Positions 34,746 through 47,200 of a stretch of DNA of 64,000 nucleotides are shown piece by piece (positions within the stretch are counted from its first letter, which is position 1; the number at the start of each line of letters is the position of its first letter). The DNA lies in contig CAUYUJ010000030.1 of the NCBI GenBank assembly GCA_963575745.1, forward strand, positions 1-64,000, read 5' to 3'. A program made the position numbers and the translations under genes. Source of the DNA: Prorocentrum cordatum (taxonomy: Eukaryota). The notes beneath the pieces were generated by a model. It was not told the origin of the DNA, did no database searches, and saw only the letters and a list, made by a program, of their open reading frames with translations.

Positions 34746-37089
34746 TGTTTGACCACCTTACTGGGCCTGAGGGCGCCTTTCGCAGATCCTGCAGCTCAAT
34801 GTCCAGCAAAGGTGATCGACATGTGGTTGCGCAATCAGCAGGCACATCCAGATTTACGCCAGGTATGGCCTCAAATCGTGCGCTCATTGACAGGCCGACC
34901 CGGCAGGGAACAGGTCAGGCAAGTGCATGGGCTCATCTCAGCGGTTGTGCTCTGGCTCATACGTTTGGATTGGACGCCAGCGGAGCCAAGTATGTGGCCA
35001 TTCCGGGATGAGACGAAGGATTCTGTTGTGTCAACTTCCAGGTTCAATCTACACAGGCAATCAATAATTAGATATCCATCGGGGCTTGCTTTCTGAGATT
35101 CGGTCGGCGGCGGCAGCGAAACTTTGGAGGCAGGCAGCAAAGCACTGTTGTGGCAGTGGACTGGAGGCGGGAGCTGATATTGATTCCTACCGTGCCCTCC
35201 TCAAGTACTTGGAGGATGTTGATCCACGATTGTCCGAGGTGATGCCCAATGTTGCTACTGGTGCGGCCTGGCCCAAGCTACGAAATAAGGAGGTGGTCAA
35301 GAAATTCTCGGGCAGCACACTTCGCGATAAATGCGAGACACACGACGAGAGTCCCATGCACCGCAGCTGGCGATGAGCCAAGAACGAGCGGTCCAGTAGC
35401 CTGCTTCCCGAGGCGATGGCCCAAGCCGACAACTGCGAAGCCTCATGGCTGCGGGGAAGGCTCCCGACCCCCTGGGCTGCCGTGTCGCCCCCCCCCGTCA
35501 ACGGTGGAGGGCATCAGCGGCTTCGAACCAGGCGTCTTGGGACACGGCGCCCATGATGACCCCGCGTGGCGGTTCGGAGATGCATCGGGAGGCAAAGACA
35601 TGGCGATATCTAAGCTTCGATGCGTGGCGCTCGCTGCGGTGCGCATGGCTGGCTATGAGCAGTTGGCCTTCAGTGCGTGGTCCGCCCACGGGTGTTCGAC
35701 AGACGGTGCATCGAGGTGAGCTGAAGGCGTTTGCGATGGCGCTGATCGGTTCAACAGGAGATGCGGTGTACGTTTCAGATTGCGAGAATGTGGTTGCGGG
35801 CTGGCATGCTGGAGCCCATCTCTCCCCCAAAGGGGAGGGCGCGGACCTCCGGGAACTGGTGCGTGGCGCAGCCACGGGCAGAAGCGCGGTGGTGTTGTTC
35901 TCCGAGGTGGCCGACGAGGCGAGGCGGGCGGCGGACGAGAGGAGCCGAGTGCTCCAGTGCCAGAGGAAGGCGCACCTGGTGCGCCTCAGGCTGTTTAGGG
36001 CGGCGCCAGACAGCATGATGGCCGCCCAGGCCGCCGAGCGAGGGAGAATGTTGAGCCGTCCTGCCTCGGGCGTCCCGCCTCCTCCGCCGCTCCCTGCTGC
36101 CACCGCCGTCTCCGCCCTCCTCTCGTCTCATGTTTTGTCTGTTTGCCAGCATAAATGCACTAGATGCTTCTCGTCAGCGTCGAAAGCTAGCATGCGTGAA
36201 TGGTGGAGCAGCCAATGCGTTCAACTGTGTAACGTAGACGGTATGCTCATGTCCCCAAAGAAGGTCGAGCGAGTGCACAGAATGGGGGGCTGGCTCATCC
36301 GGCTCACTCTTCAAATGTACACTCGGGCACAGGGGTTTGGTCTTGTGGCCTGTGCGGTGCTATCGCTGAAAAGCAGCTGTGCTCCCTGGGTCAGCCTTGT
36401 AAGGGCTTCCTCGGTCTCACTGAAGCACGTAAAGAATACCTTGATCGGACTACGGCGGATAAGCCCCCAAATATTAACAGCCAAGCCGAGCTGAAGGCGA
36501 GGCCTCCTCCTCCTCCTCCTCCTCCTCCTCCTCCTCCTCCTCCTCCTCCTCCTCCTCCTCCTCCTCCTCCTCCTCCTCCTCCTCCTCCTCTGGCCCCCAG
36601 GGTGGCCTGCGGGGAGGTGGGTGAGCCTCTCGGTCGTTCACCGCAGGTCTCGGCCAAGCGCCGCATGCACTCGGAGGGCGGTGGGCGCAGGGCGGTGGGC
36701 TGGGCGGCTGAGGGCGCGAGCTCATCGGCGACACGCAAGACGAAGCCAGGACGAGGATAAGATAAGTCGAGAACCTCTGAGATCCAGCGGCTCTGGATGA
36801 TGTCTCGGGCGCCGCGCCCTTCTCAGAGCGTTCCGGGACGCTCTGGAACAGATTTATCCTCCTACTAGCCCCGTCCGAGACACGCCAGAGGGACCCCAGG
36901 TAAGAGCCTGGCTTCTGCGGGGCGCGGGGGGCTAAACCCCAGCGCCCAAGCCGCTGCTCTCGCATCGCATGTGGCGATCGGGGAGCCCCAGGCGGGCCCG
37001 CACCAGAGGTCACTCCGGCGAAGGGTCACCCCTGCGCGTAGCCGAGCTCCGAGTTGCGGATTGGCGGCCCTGGGCTCACGGTGGCGGCG

Positions 37090-40000
37090 TCACGCACCGC
37101 CCCTGGGCGCGCGCGGCGGCGCCAGCGCCAGGCCGCGGAGGCGCTGCCGCAGCTTATGGGCCTCCTCCGCCGTGACCTCCGCGGCGGCCGGGCCGCGGCG
37201 CTCCCGATCCAGAACCTGGCGCATGAGGAGCAGGCAGAAGCAGCCGCACTGGAAGCCGTCCTTCCGTGGCAACTCATGGGAGCCTCCCATACCATTCTGT
37301 TGGCTCTTGCGAATTGACCCTGCTCGACGCTAAGCCGGCACTATCTCATCGATGATGGGCACGAACGCACTCTCATAAAGACGGAGCTACAAGGGTACAG
37401 TCATGGCACTGCCAGAGAGAGCGCTATTTAAAGAACGAAGGGGCTGTGCTGGCCATGGCGAACCTCGGCCGCAACTAGGTTGCCTCCCCGATCCCGACCT
37501 AAGTAACGGCCTGAACATCCCAGCCCCTCCTGAGCCCGAACTGGCCCATATTTCAACGCCCTGACGGTACAGTGGAAGCCAGCCCACAAGAAACCTTCCA
37601 CAAGAAACCCAACCCGGAGACCCCAGGACGTCGATGGACTTCTGGTGCGGGAACGCCACGCCATCCACGTCAGAACCATCCAAACCCAAGAGAACCCAGG
37701 GCACCCTGGAGGCAAGCAGGGTGGTTCCTGGCATGGGCCCCCACTGTACTTCGTTTCTAAGGGCCGATCAACTATGCACCGTACCTTTCCTGGGACGAGG
37801 ATCGACGACGCTGACTTGCTACCGAAAAGTCCAGCTGGAAATCCAGCTGGGACCTTTCTCCACTGTACACCAAGCTCCCACGACTTGCGCTACCGAGCCG
37901 TCCAGCTGGAGGTCCAGCGGCCGGAGCCGGGGCCTGCGCGGGAGGCCCCGCCAGCGCCGGGAGGCAGAGAGGCACCGCAGGAGCCGCCGCGAGAGCTGCA
38001 CCGCGCCTGAGGGGTTGGGTGCTCGCGTAGTTGGGCGGCCCAAGAGGGGGTCCAGCTGCAAGGGGGTGGTGCAATAGATTTGGGGCAAGTGTATTGCAAA
38101 TGTATTGTGCTGGAGAATTGTATAGCGAAGTATTGCAAGTAATGCATTGCACGCGAAAGCCCAGCAATGCATGTGCGCCCCAGAAAGTCTTGCACACCCC
38201 AGATGTATTGCAACCCCACAAATCTGTTGCGCCAAATCTATTGCACACCCCCTTGTCGCTGGACCCCCTTTGGGGTCAACCCGAGCGTGTCGGCTCGCCG
38301 TGGCCCGGACGGGCCACGGTGGCGTGCGACCCTGGCCGGCCTCGAACGTTTCCCTATCCCTGAGGTCGGCGAGCCGAAGAGGCGCTGACAATCTCAGGGA
38401 TGCGTGCATCGAGGCAAGGTGATGCCAAGCATAGGTAGAGTGATGTGTTTTAGGCAGGGGAGATCCAGGCCAACAGGCCGACGATGGCTTAGCTCCCCCA
38501 ACACGCAACACGCAACCCGTAGCGTGTTGACATGGAGCTCAACACGGAGATCGAAGACGTACGCTTGGCGCGATGAGTTCGCACAAACGTGGGCCAACAC
38601 GTTGAACCGACAGGCAACATGTCAACATGGACGTTTTGACCACTGCACGTGTGCCCTTGTAACAGGGCAGCTAAGGACGTTTGGTTCCTGGCCCCCGCGA
38701 TCGCGAGGCCGCCCTGAGGGGGGGGGGGGGCGGGCACGCCAGCGGGCCAGAGCCTGCAAGGGCACAGCTGGAAGCAAGACGCCGAACCACCAGGCAGTCG
38801 AGCAGGCAAGTACCCGATCAAGAAGACAACCAACTTATCACCCAGCCAACAGATCGAAATCCAACCAGCCCGCACCGTGAGGACAGGCTGCAAAACCCAA
38901 CATCATTGATATCTGCACTTGGGAATTGCCATGTTCCCGAAATCGGAGGCCACGATTCAGAATCGGTTCGCAAGCTCCAGAGATTCGGATGTAGTGCCAG
39001 AATGGGAGATATGGAATTGTGGAAATGGACTTGTGAGAATCCACTGCGCCAGACTTCCTGGACCTGGGAGGCCTGGAATAGCGAGAACCCCATGCACCGT
39101 CCTCGAACTGTAGATATGGCGGAATTCCATGCCCCCGCTGCCTTATCTGGAACTGGTGGACATCGAATTGTGATAACCCGATGTCGCCGTAACGCTTTTT
39201 GGGAGCTTCGAAGCTCAGCTCGAACATTGTGATAATCCGATCCCACTGTTACACTTTCTGGACGTGGATGACCTGGAGTGGGGAGAATCCCGTGCCTGCC
39301 GCACTTTCGAAACCTGGGACGTACCAACAACTAAATACTGGGAGTCACAATTCTCGAAATAGCTTGCACGGAAAGCACCTGGGGCGCAAAGTCATGCGGA
39401 CCTGGGGCTGACCATCCTCAGAGGGACGCCCACGGAATTCACCTGCAGCGGCTTGGGACGCAGAACCGTGCGGACCTAGGACGCACCATCCTTGAGCAAG
39501 CACACTCCTGGAACTGCAGCTGTCTGGGCCTGAGGCAAACCATCCTCGAGCGGGCACCAGGCAAACCACCGCGCTGGCATCGCGCAGGCACCACCGAGAT
39601 GGAGCAGGTGACCCCCCAGGGAGCGAATCTGCGAGGGCAACGCATTCGACCACCGCTTGAATTATACAGCGAGACGCCGTGAAGGGCAGGGACAGTTCTG
39701 TGGCAAGAGCCTGGGGCGTTCCATGAACCATTGGTGTCGAAAACCCAGAAAGGCCAAAACCATCAGAAATAATGTCAAGCCGGGACGCTAGAACCTACAG
39801 TGAGCACTGAAGAACGAATGACGTCAGACGTCCAGCGCCCCCGCAGAACCTCCACTGCACTTCTTGAAGACATTGGCAACCACTCATTCGTTATTCGGAA
39901 GTGGGTCCGCGTTCCCAAGACCAGGGCTCCTTGTCAAGGACGCCAGATCCACGCTCCCAGGACTCGTTAGCCCTGTTGAATTACAAATAGTTCGAGTTCG

Positions 40001-41077
40001 GAAGGCCAAACTCCAGAAAACATGGAGGTTTCGTGTTCCCAGGACAACGACTCCTTGAATAACAAAACGGATCTGCGCTCCAAGTGCCAGACGTTCGGAT
40101 ACATTGCCATGGGCTCAGGCTCCAAGGGCCACAATCCCCCCATATATATATATATATAGATAATGATCTGCGCTCCGAAGGACACGACGACCCGTGAATG
40201 AAACATGACCCGCGCTCCCATTGCCACCTCTTTGCAGGGTCCGTGCTCCCAGGGCCGCGACACGTACATGATCCGGGGCTCCGCCCCCCCCCCCTCCACC
40301 ACCAATGCTGATGGGATCCAGCCCCTCCCCCGCTGGATGGGTAATTACGCCTGTGAGCCTTGCGAAGGCCTCGCGAGTGGGATCGCCCTTCCCCGCCCCT
40401 TTGGTCGTGGCCCTGCGGTGTGGCCAGGTGGAGAGGGGAGATGGTGCCCCCGACCCTCTCCCTGTGGGTGTGGGGTGCTGCTGCGGTGCCGCCGCCGTTG
40501 TCGTCGTCGGCGTCGTCGTCGTCGTGATCGTGCCAGATGTGGTCGTGGTCATGGTCGTGGTCGTCGTGGTCTCGGTCGTGGTCGTGGTCGTGGTCGTCGT
40601 CGTCGGCGTCGTCTGTTGTCGTCGTCGTCGTCGTCGTCGTCGACGTCGTCGTCGTCGTCTGTTGTCGTCGTCGTTGTCGTCGTCGTCGTCGTCCCCATCC
40701 CATCCCATTTGGGGGGGACCTGTGGAAGCCTGGGACCCATCCCATCTGAAGGGGGGGCCTTTCTGCCCTCGACCCGGGATCATATATGGTCGAGGGTTTG
40801 GGCCCCCCCCCAATGCTAATGCCATCGGGCCCCCCCCCCGCGCGCGATGGTCCCCCCCCTCCCCCTGTGGATGTGGTGTGGGTGTGGTGTGTTGCTGTGG
40901 GTGTGTGGGGTGACCCGATGTCCTCCCCCCCCTCCCCCCCTGTGGGTGTGGTGTGGGTGTGCGTGTGGCTGTGATTGTGGCGTCATGCTGACGAGCTTTC
41001 TGAAAGCTCCGGTGCTCGACGTCGTCGCCGCCGCCGCCGGCGGTGCCGTCGACGTCGTCGTCGTCGTCGTCGGCGTT

Positions 41078-41155
<78 letters not shown>

Positions 41156-41192
41156 CGTCGTCGTCGTCCGCCGTCGTCCGTCGTCAGTCGTC

Positions 41193-41254
<62 letters not shown>

Positions 41255-44200
41255 TCGTCCGCCGTCGTCCGTCGTCGTCATCGTCCTCCTCCTCCTCCTC
41301 CGCCTCCTCCTCCTCCTCATTCTCCTCCTCCCCCCCCATCCCATCTGGGGGGGGGGCCCGAGGACCCTGGGACCCATCCCATCTGGGGGGGGGGGGGGTC
41401 GTGGGCCCGGAGCCCGCGATCATATATAAACTATGCATGACGCCAAGTGGCCTCCGCGCGACCCAAGATCCTGGAAGAGGGCGGAATTGTACTCCGAAGG
41501 CACCCTCAGAAGGCTCCAGGCAGCTCCAGTATGCTTCACATGAGCAGCAGAAATGCCCAGAAATTGCCTGGACAGACCACAAGGTAGATCCAGTCGAGCT
41601 CCGAGGGACTCAAGAGGGCCAACTGCCAACTGAAGGAGAGAGAGCCCCCAGGACGGTCCTAAACGGACCTCAAGAATACGCCTGTAACCTCCAGGATGAG
41701 CAACACGGCAACGGGGGAGCCCTCGATGCCTGGGGCCAGGGGGCTGGCGGCAGTGGCCTTCAGAGAACATCAGCATGTGGATGCGCAATAGGTAAACACA
41801 TTTGGGGTCGGCGTGGAGTGGGTGGGGGGGGGGGCAGTATGAGAGTTTGCAGCGAACCTTGGGGAAGGCCGAGAGACCGAGCGAGATGGAGGTTTTCTTT
41901 CCGCCGCAAGGCGCCCAACGCGACACCTTGCTGCTTCCTTGGCTCCGTGATTTGCCCTAGATTCTCATAGGGTGCTGAGGTCCAATGCATTGCGAGGCTC
42001 CGCATCTGCACAGCCAATCACACACGATACCGTGTACTCCTGGGAAAAATGGCCCCCCAAATACGCCATGTTGCCGTCTGCGGCCCTTCGCACCACGTAA
42101 GCGGCGCGCCCCTGGACCACATGATAGATGTCTCCGTGTCCGGGAGAGTCCAACACCGTGCCCTGCTCCGACTTGGCGATTGCGCGCAAGCGGCGGTCCA
42201 CGACTTCGCTCCCCCACCCCGTCAGCTCCGGGACAGCGTCGACCATCTCTGTGACGGTGCGGCCAGGTTCGTACGCTGCGTCGATTGCCTGCCAGAGCAG
42301 AGAGGCCTCCCCCCAGGAGATGTTCACAGCCGGGTACGCCAGCTTCAGGAGCTGGGACAGGCTCACGTCGCTCTCGACTCCCAAGGCAACAACCTCAGGG
42401 ACCAGCTTGACGCTCAGCGCGGGCGTGTCAGACTCGGTAGGGTCGCAGATCTTCCAGGCTTGCTGGGATGCGGACTGCAGATTGTGCCAGCTGCTCTGCG
42501 AGAAGCCCTCGATGTTAGTTGCGTACCCACCACCGTTGAGGTTCGCGCAATCGTTCGAGACGTAGCACCACTGCTGCCCGGAAAACTCATCTGCAGGGAA
42601 TGGAACCAAGTCGATGTTCACACAAGCCGGTGATGCAAAATTCTTAAAGAAATCGTAGCAAATCTTGTGCGGCAGACCAGTTATGGGTTCCGTATCGGCG
42701 TAGGACGCGGAGAAGCCTGTCTTGCTGAGGAAGTACAGCTCGTTGGCCCGGCCACACACCGCCTTGTTTGTGTAGTATACATCCGACCAGGTCATGCAGT
42801 CACAGCTTCCAGACTTCGCCTTGGTGGCGTTCTCCTCCGCCTTCAACACAATTGCCGCAGCCAGGACGGGGCTCGCCAGGGCAATAAGCACCTTTGTCGC
42901 CATGGCGTCGAGGAAGGGGCTCTGCCTACAAAGGTGATCGGTAAGCTGAACAGGTAGAATTCTGTTTTGGACGGAACTTGAGCCCAAACGAATACGTACT
43001 CACATTGCTGGCAATTGGGCCAATGTATATGCTCTAGTTGCGAGAAACACCCGAATCAGAAACATTAACCTGGCGAAAGACCCAACCGTGTGCAATTTCG
43101 AGTGCCGTCGTTGTGAGTATCGCCTTCGGTAGAGCTTCCTGTAGGGCCACGAAACGCATTAGGGGTGTGCCGACATGGGTGGGGCGACCGCATACTAACC
43201 TGGCCACTGAGGCCTTCAGTAGAACTCCTTATGGGGCCACGGAAACAGTGAGGGGTGTACCGAAGTGGGCGGGGGGACGCATCCAGACTGCGCCACTGGG
43301 ACCTTCGGTGGAGCTCCCTATGGGACCACGAAGCGTGTGAGGGACGTACCCGAACTGGTGGGGCGGACGCATGCAGGCTGCGCCGGGGCGTGCGCCAAAA
43401 AGGGTGGTGTAGGCGCATGCGGGCTGCGCCACTGCAGATGAAGAACCTCCAGAGGCGGACAGGAAAGAGGGGCTGCCGTGAAACCACAGCTCGAAGACCT
43501 CAAGCCAAAACTGAAGCCCGCCGCGGACGCCGCAGAGAATGTCGTGGGCAACCTGAAGCCTGCGCAACCGTTGGGCCACGGGCGGGCTCCCTCGCCCTCA
43601 AGACACCGCGGGCCCTTTGGGCGAACCTCCCAACACGTGTGCGACTCGAGGTGGGCCTGCCTGAGCGCAAAACCTCCCACTGCGGTGACCCGCGCCAAAC
43701 TTGCTGACCCCTAACTAGGCCGCCGCCCCCCCCCCCCCCCCGCCTCGGGGCCCCAGGACGCCGCGGGCCCCCAGACACCCGCGGCCTGGCCCCACAAGGC
43801 TATTCCCCACCAGGAGGAGAAGATGAATCAAATAATGACAATCTGAATCATGATAGAAGAAGACGATAGAAATAAGACACATAATGATAGGACTAATAAT
43901 CACAAAAACAGTCAGCATAAGAAGAAGCAGAGAGATAAACAGACATGGGCGCAAAGACGCCTGCTCGCCCCGAACCAGCAGCCAACACGCGTGCGACTCT
44001 GAACGGACCCGCGCGAGCGGGCCCCCCCCTCACTCCAGCCATGACCCACCCCGCCTGCGGGTGTGGCGGCCAGGCTGTCCAACAGCTCGGCGTCGAAGCG
44101 GCCGTGCTGGCTGCCGGGCACGCGGCGGACCACCAGCAGCGACCAGTGGCCCCCAGCGTCCGCGAGGGAGCCCGCCGAGGACTCCGACGTCACCGGAAGC

Positions 44201-47200
44201 ACGAGCACCGTGGCGGCGTCGTTGTCCCAATGCCTCCGCAGGGAGCCGTCGCGCTCTGCGTGCGCATCGGCGCTGTCCTCGGCTGCACGCAATGCCGACC
44301 CTGGGCAAGAGGAGGCGACGTCTGGTGCGCGACCTGCCGATCGCCACATGCGGTGCGACATCAGCGTTATGTCGGGAACGTCCCTCTACAGGAGGAATAT
44401 CAAAAAATAGTCAAAAATAGTCGGTCGACGTTTGACTAGTTTCGAATACTTTTGGGGTATCTTTGATCTTTCGTCCAAAATCCCCCTGTAGGAAGACACG
44501 CCCGACCTAACATCAGCAGCCTGCGTGCCTGGGCTTGGACCCCGCGCGACTCCCGGAAACCGCGCGCCAACATCCTCTCCGGCGAAGACTCGCTCCTGCG
44601 TGCGACCTGTGTCCCCTGAGATCCGACGTAGCGAAACAAGCGCAATATCGCGAAAAATCACGGCCAGAGCCACAGTCCCCATCTTGGGCGGCACTCGTCG
44701 AACCGCAGCAAGCTGTGAGTCCTGGGCCCGCAGCCAAAAGAAGAGTTCCCGGGTGAAAATACTGCAGCGCCCGGACCTCACGTTCCTGCTCGGACTCCAG
44801 GAGGACCACCTGGGGAAACAAAAGGGTACCGATACCGCTTCTCCCCGGACCTCTCCTGGGGTGCCTTCTGACCGGAACCTCGAGGCGAATCCAGCGGTGG
44901 CGACGACGGCCTCCCAGGAGGCCCAAAAAGGGGAAAACGGGCGGAGGGTAGCGGCATGGGTTGTGATGCTCTCACATCCCTGAAATAATTTCGAGCACCC
45001 AGAAGAATATCGAAGCAGTGTCGAACGAGTATCGCCTCCCAGGGCCCCACATATGAAAACCCTCCAGATTCGGTACTTTCTTGGTGCTCGCAATTCTTTC
45101 TGGCGGTCAAGGCTGAAGTCAGTCAGAACATCATAAGGCATGGGTGCCTCTTCCTCCCCTGGCCACCTGCGCCGGGGTGGCCGCCCACACGTGCGCTGGA
45201 GGCTCCGGCAGCTCGCGCATGGCGAAGGTGATGTGCTCGTCCTGCAGCCGCTCGCGCGGCCCCAGCGGCGGGCATCGGGGCGAGCCGCCCGCGCTCGGGG
45301 CTGCCGCGCGGTGGCCGGCTGCACACCCCTGCAAGGGAAGCCCGACGGTGCCGGTATCGCTCCGGTGGGGCTGCTGAAGTACAGTCGGGCTTGATTGGAC
45401 AGGACGAGCGACAGGACACAAGACCCTTCCAAGGGCCACATTGCCATAGGAATGTAGGAGGCATGGTTCGCGAGATACAGGGCACAAGGGTACTCTTGAT
45501 TTGGGAGGGTCGACTTACTAATCTGGGCCGCCTGTAGGGAACGGTGCAGTCAACCCGTGATTAGAACAAGGACGCACGAGAAGGATGCAAGGGCCTTGGA
45601 AGACCATGCTGGCGCTCTGCAAGCGGGGCGCGGCCAGCGAAGGCGGCCAAGTATGGCCCGGAAGGGAAGGATGCAAAGGTGACCATGGAAAGTTGCTCAT
45701 CCTTACTATGCGGATTGACTGTAGGGAACGATAGGTAAGGAACGAAACCTCCTTTTGCAAAGTCGAAGCGTCAAATCCGAAGGGACGGCCGAGCCCCCTT
45801 CCTAGCGGCGTCCCGCCACGATTTGCAATCGTGATTGGAACCCACCACGAGTGCTAAAACTGAAGGAACACTGGAGGAGTTCGCCACAAACAAGACAATT
45901 GGACGCATGCAAACCTCAGGAACCACCGAGCCCCGGACCTTATTTCAACGAACTGACTGTGCTCCCCGAACCTCTCACGGATGCGCCCTGGCGAGCATCT
46001 CGGAGCGAACCCAGCGGTGGCGGCGAGGGCCTCCCAGGAAGCCCTGGAGGGGGAGAATCGGGTCGGGCGAAAGGGGGGGATAGCAAAGGGGGGGTTTGAG
46101 AATCAGCTCGCGTAGCTGATTTTCCCGGCGCCTCCCGGCGCCGGAGGCGCCCATGTATCGAGGAATGGGCCCCTCGGTGAGGCCGAAATCAGCTGCATGC
46201 AGCAAATTTCGTAACCCCCCCTTTCCCAATCCCCCCCTTTCCCCCGGCCCGAGAGAAGGAGGCATGGGCAGCGGTATTGGTGCCGTCTCTTCCTCTGGCC
46301 TGCTCCGCCAGGGCGTCGCCCAGGCACGAGCCCGTTCCCGGGTCCGCTCCTCCGGGTGCTGCTTCGCCTCCTCCTGTGCCTGCACCTCTGCATCCGCCAG
46401 CCGCGCCTGCTGGGCCAGGCGCTGCACCTGCCAGAAGAGAGGGGCATCAGTTGGCGCACCGTCGGAGGTTCCCTGCGATGAGAAACCTTCGAGGCAGACA
46501 GCTGGTCACCAGTTCGCGCCCACACGGATCATGCTGAGGGGCCCTGCGCTCCTCACAAGAGAAGCTCCCCCAACGGCACGTTCACTTGCCGCTCGGGGAA
46601 CCATTGGGTGAAGATCCTCGAGCTCCTCCCTCCTCCCCCCTGTTCCTCGCGCTGTCCCCAGCGACTCCCCAGCTCGGCACGGCGCTGTCGCCCAGTCGCT
46701 GGCCGCACTCCCCGCTCGGAACTGTGATTTGCATCGGAGATGGCCACACTCCCGACTCAGATGGATGCTCTCGCCACCGCGAGGGCCACATTGCCAGCTG
46801 AGCACTGTGCTATCGCCTCAGAGGCGGCCGAAGTTACTGTTTTGCCCATCGAGAGAGGGAAATACTGATAGAGAGAGAGAGAGACGTTAAGTGGCATATA
46901 AACATATGGGCGTGTACATGTATGTATGGATGGAGGGATATATATATATATATACATATATATAGAGAGAGAAACACATAGACGGAGAGAGAGAGAGAGA
47001 AAAAAAAAGAGAAAGACAGAGAGAGAGAGAGAGAGATAAACATCACAAAGGCAGATATCACTTACGGGAAACTACGGAGAAGCACGGCGTCCGAGAAGAA
47101 GGCTACGCACATATAAATAAGCATGGACTGATATAAAGACAGTCGGTGACGGCAACAGGCTGAAATTGGGTACACACCGGATGTGGAAAAAAGATACGAA

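Larger units (their letters stand above)
28944..36502 (+). mobile_element. Degenerate LINE-like retrotransposon (ORF1 coiled coil, APE, RT, RNase H) with nested insertions
   Basis: ORF1 29421-30200. APE WALLGDFN (~30770). RT segments GDRAIGL...WDAAIEGNSCLQEA, DIQPFY, QGVVQGLRSG and YLGLD (33130-34050). RNase H FGDASGG, QTVHRGELKA, YVSDCENV (35570-35800). Bounded by (CCT)n at 28865-28943 and 36503-36590. Confidence 0.85.

Noticed and set aside
10105..36502. Cytosine methyltransferase cargo, as known from Symbiodiniaceae DIRS/LINE elements
   Set aside because: No convincing DNMT motif set (FxGxG, PC, ENV in order) seen in these retroelements.
43500..43600. Extra protease exon (SPPVAQRLRRLQVAHDIL)
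   Set aside because: The flanking exons already join in frame with correct motif spacing, so it is not needed, though not excluded.
45500..45970. Decayed LINE 5'/endonuclease fragment
   Set aside because: Only vague similarity; no intact motif to support it.
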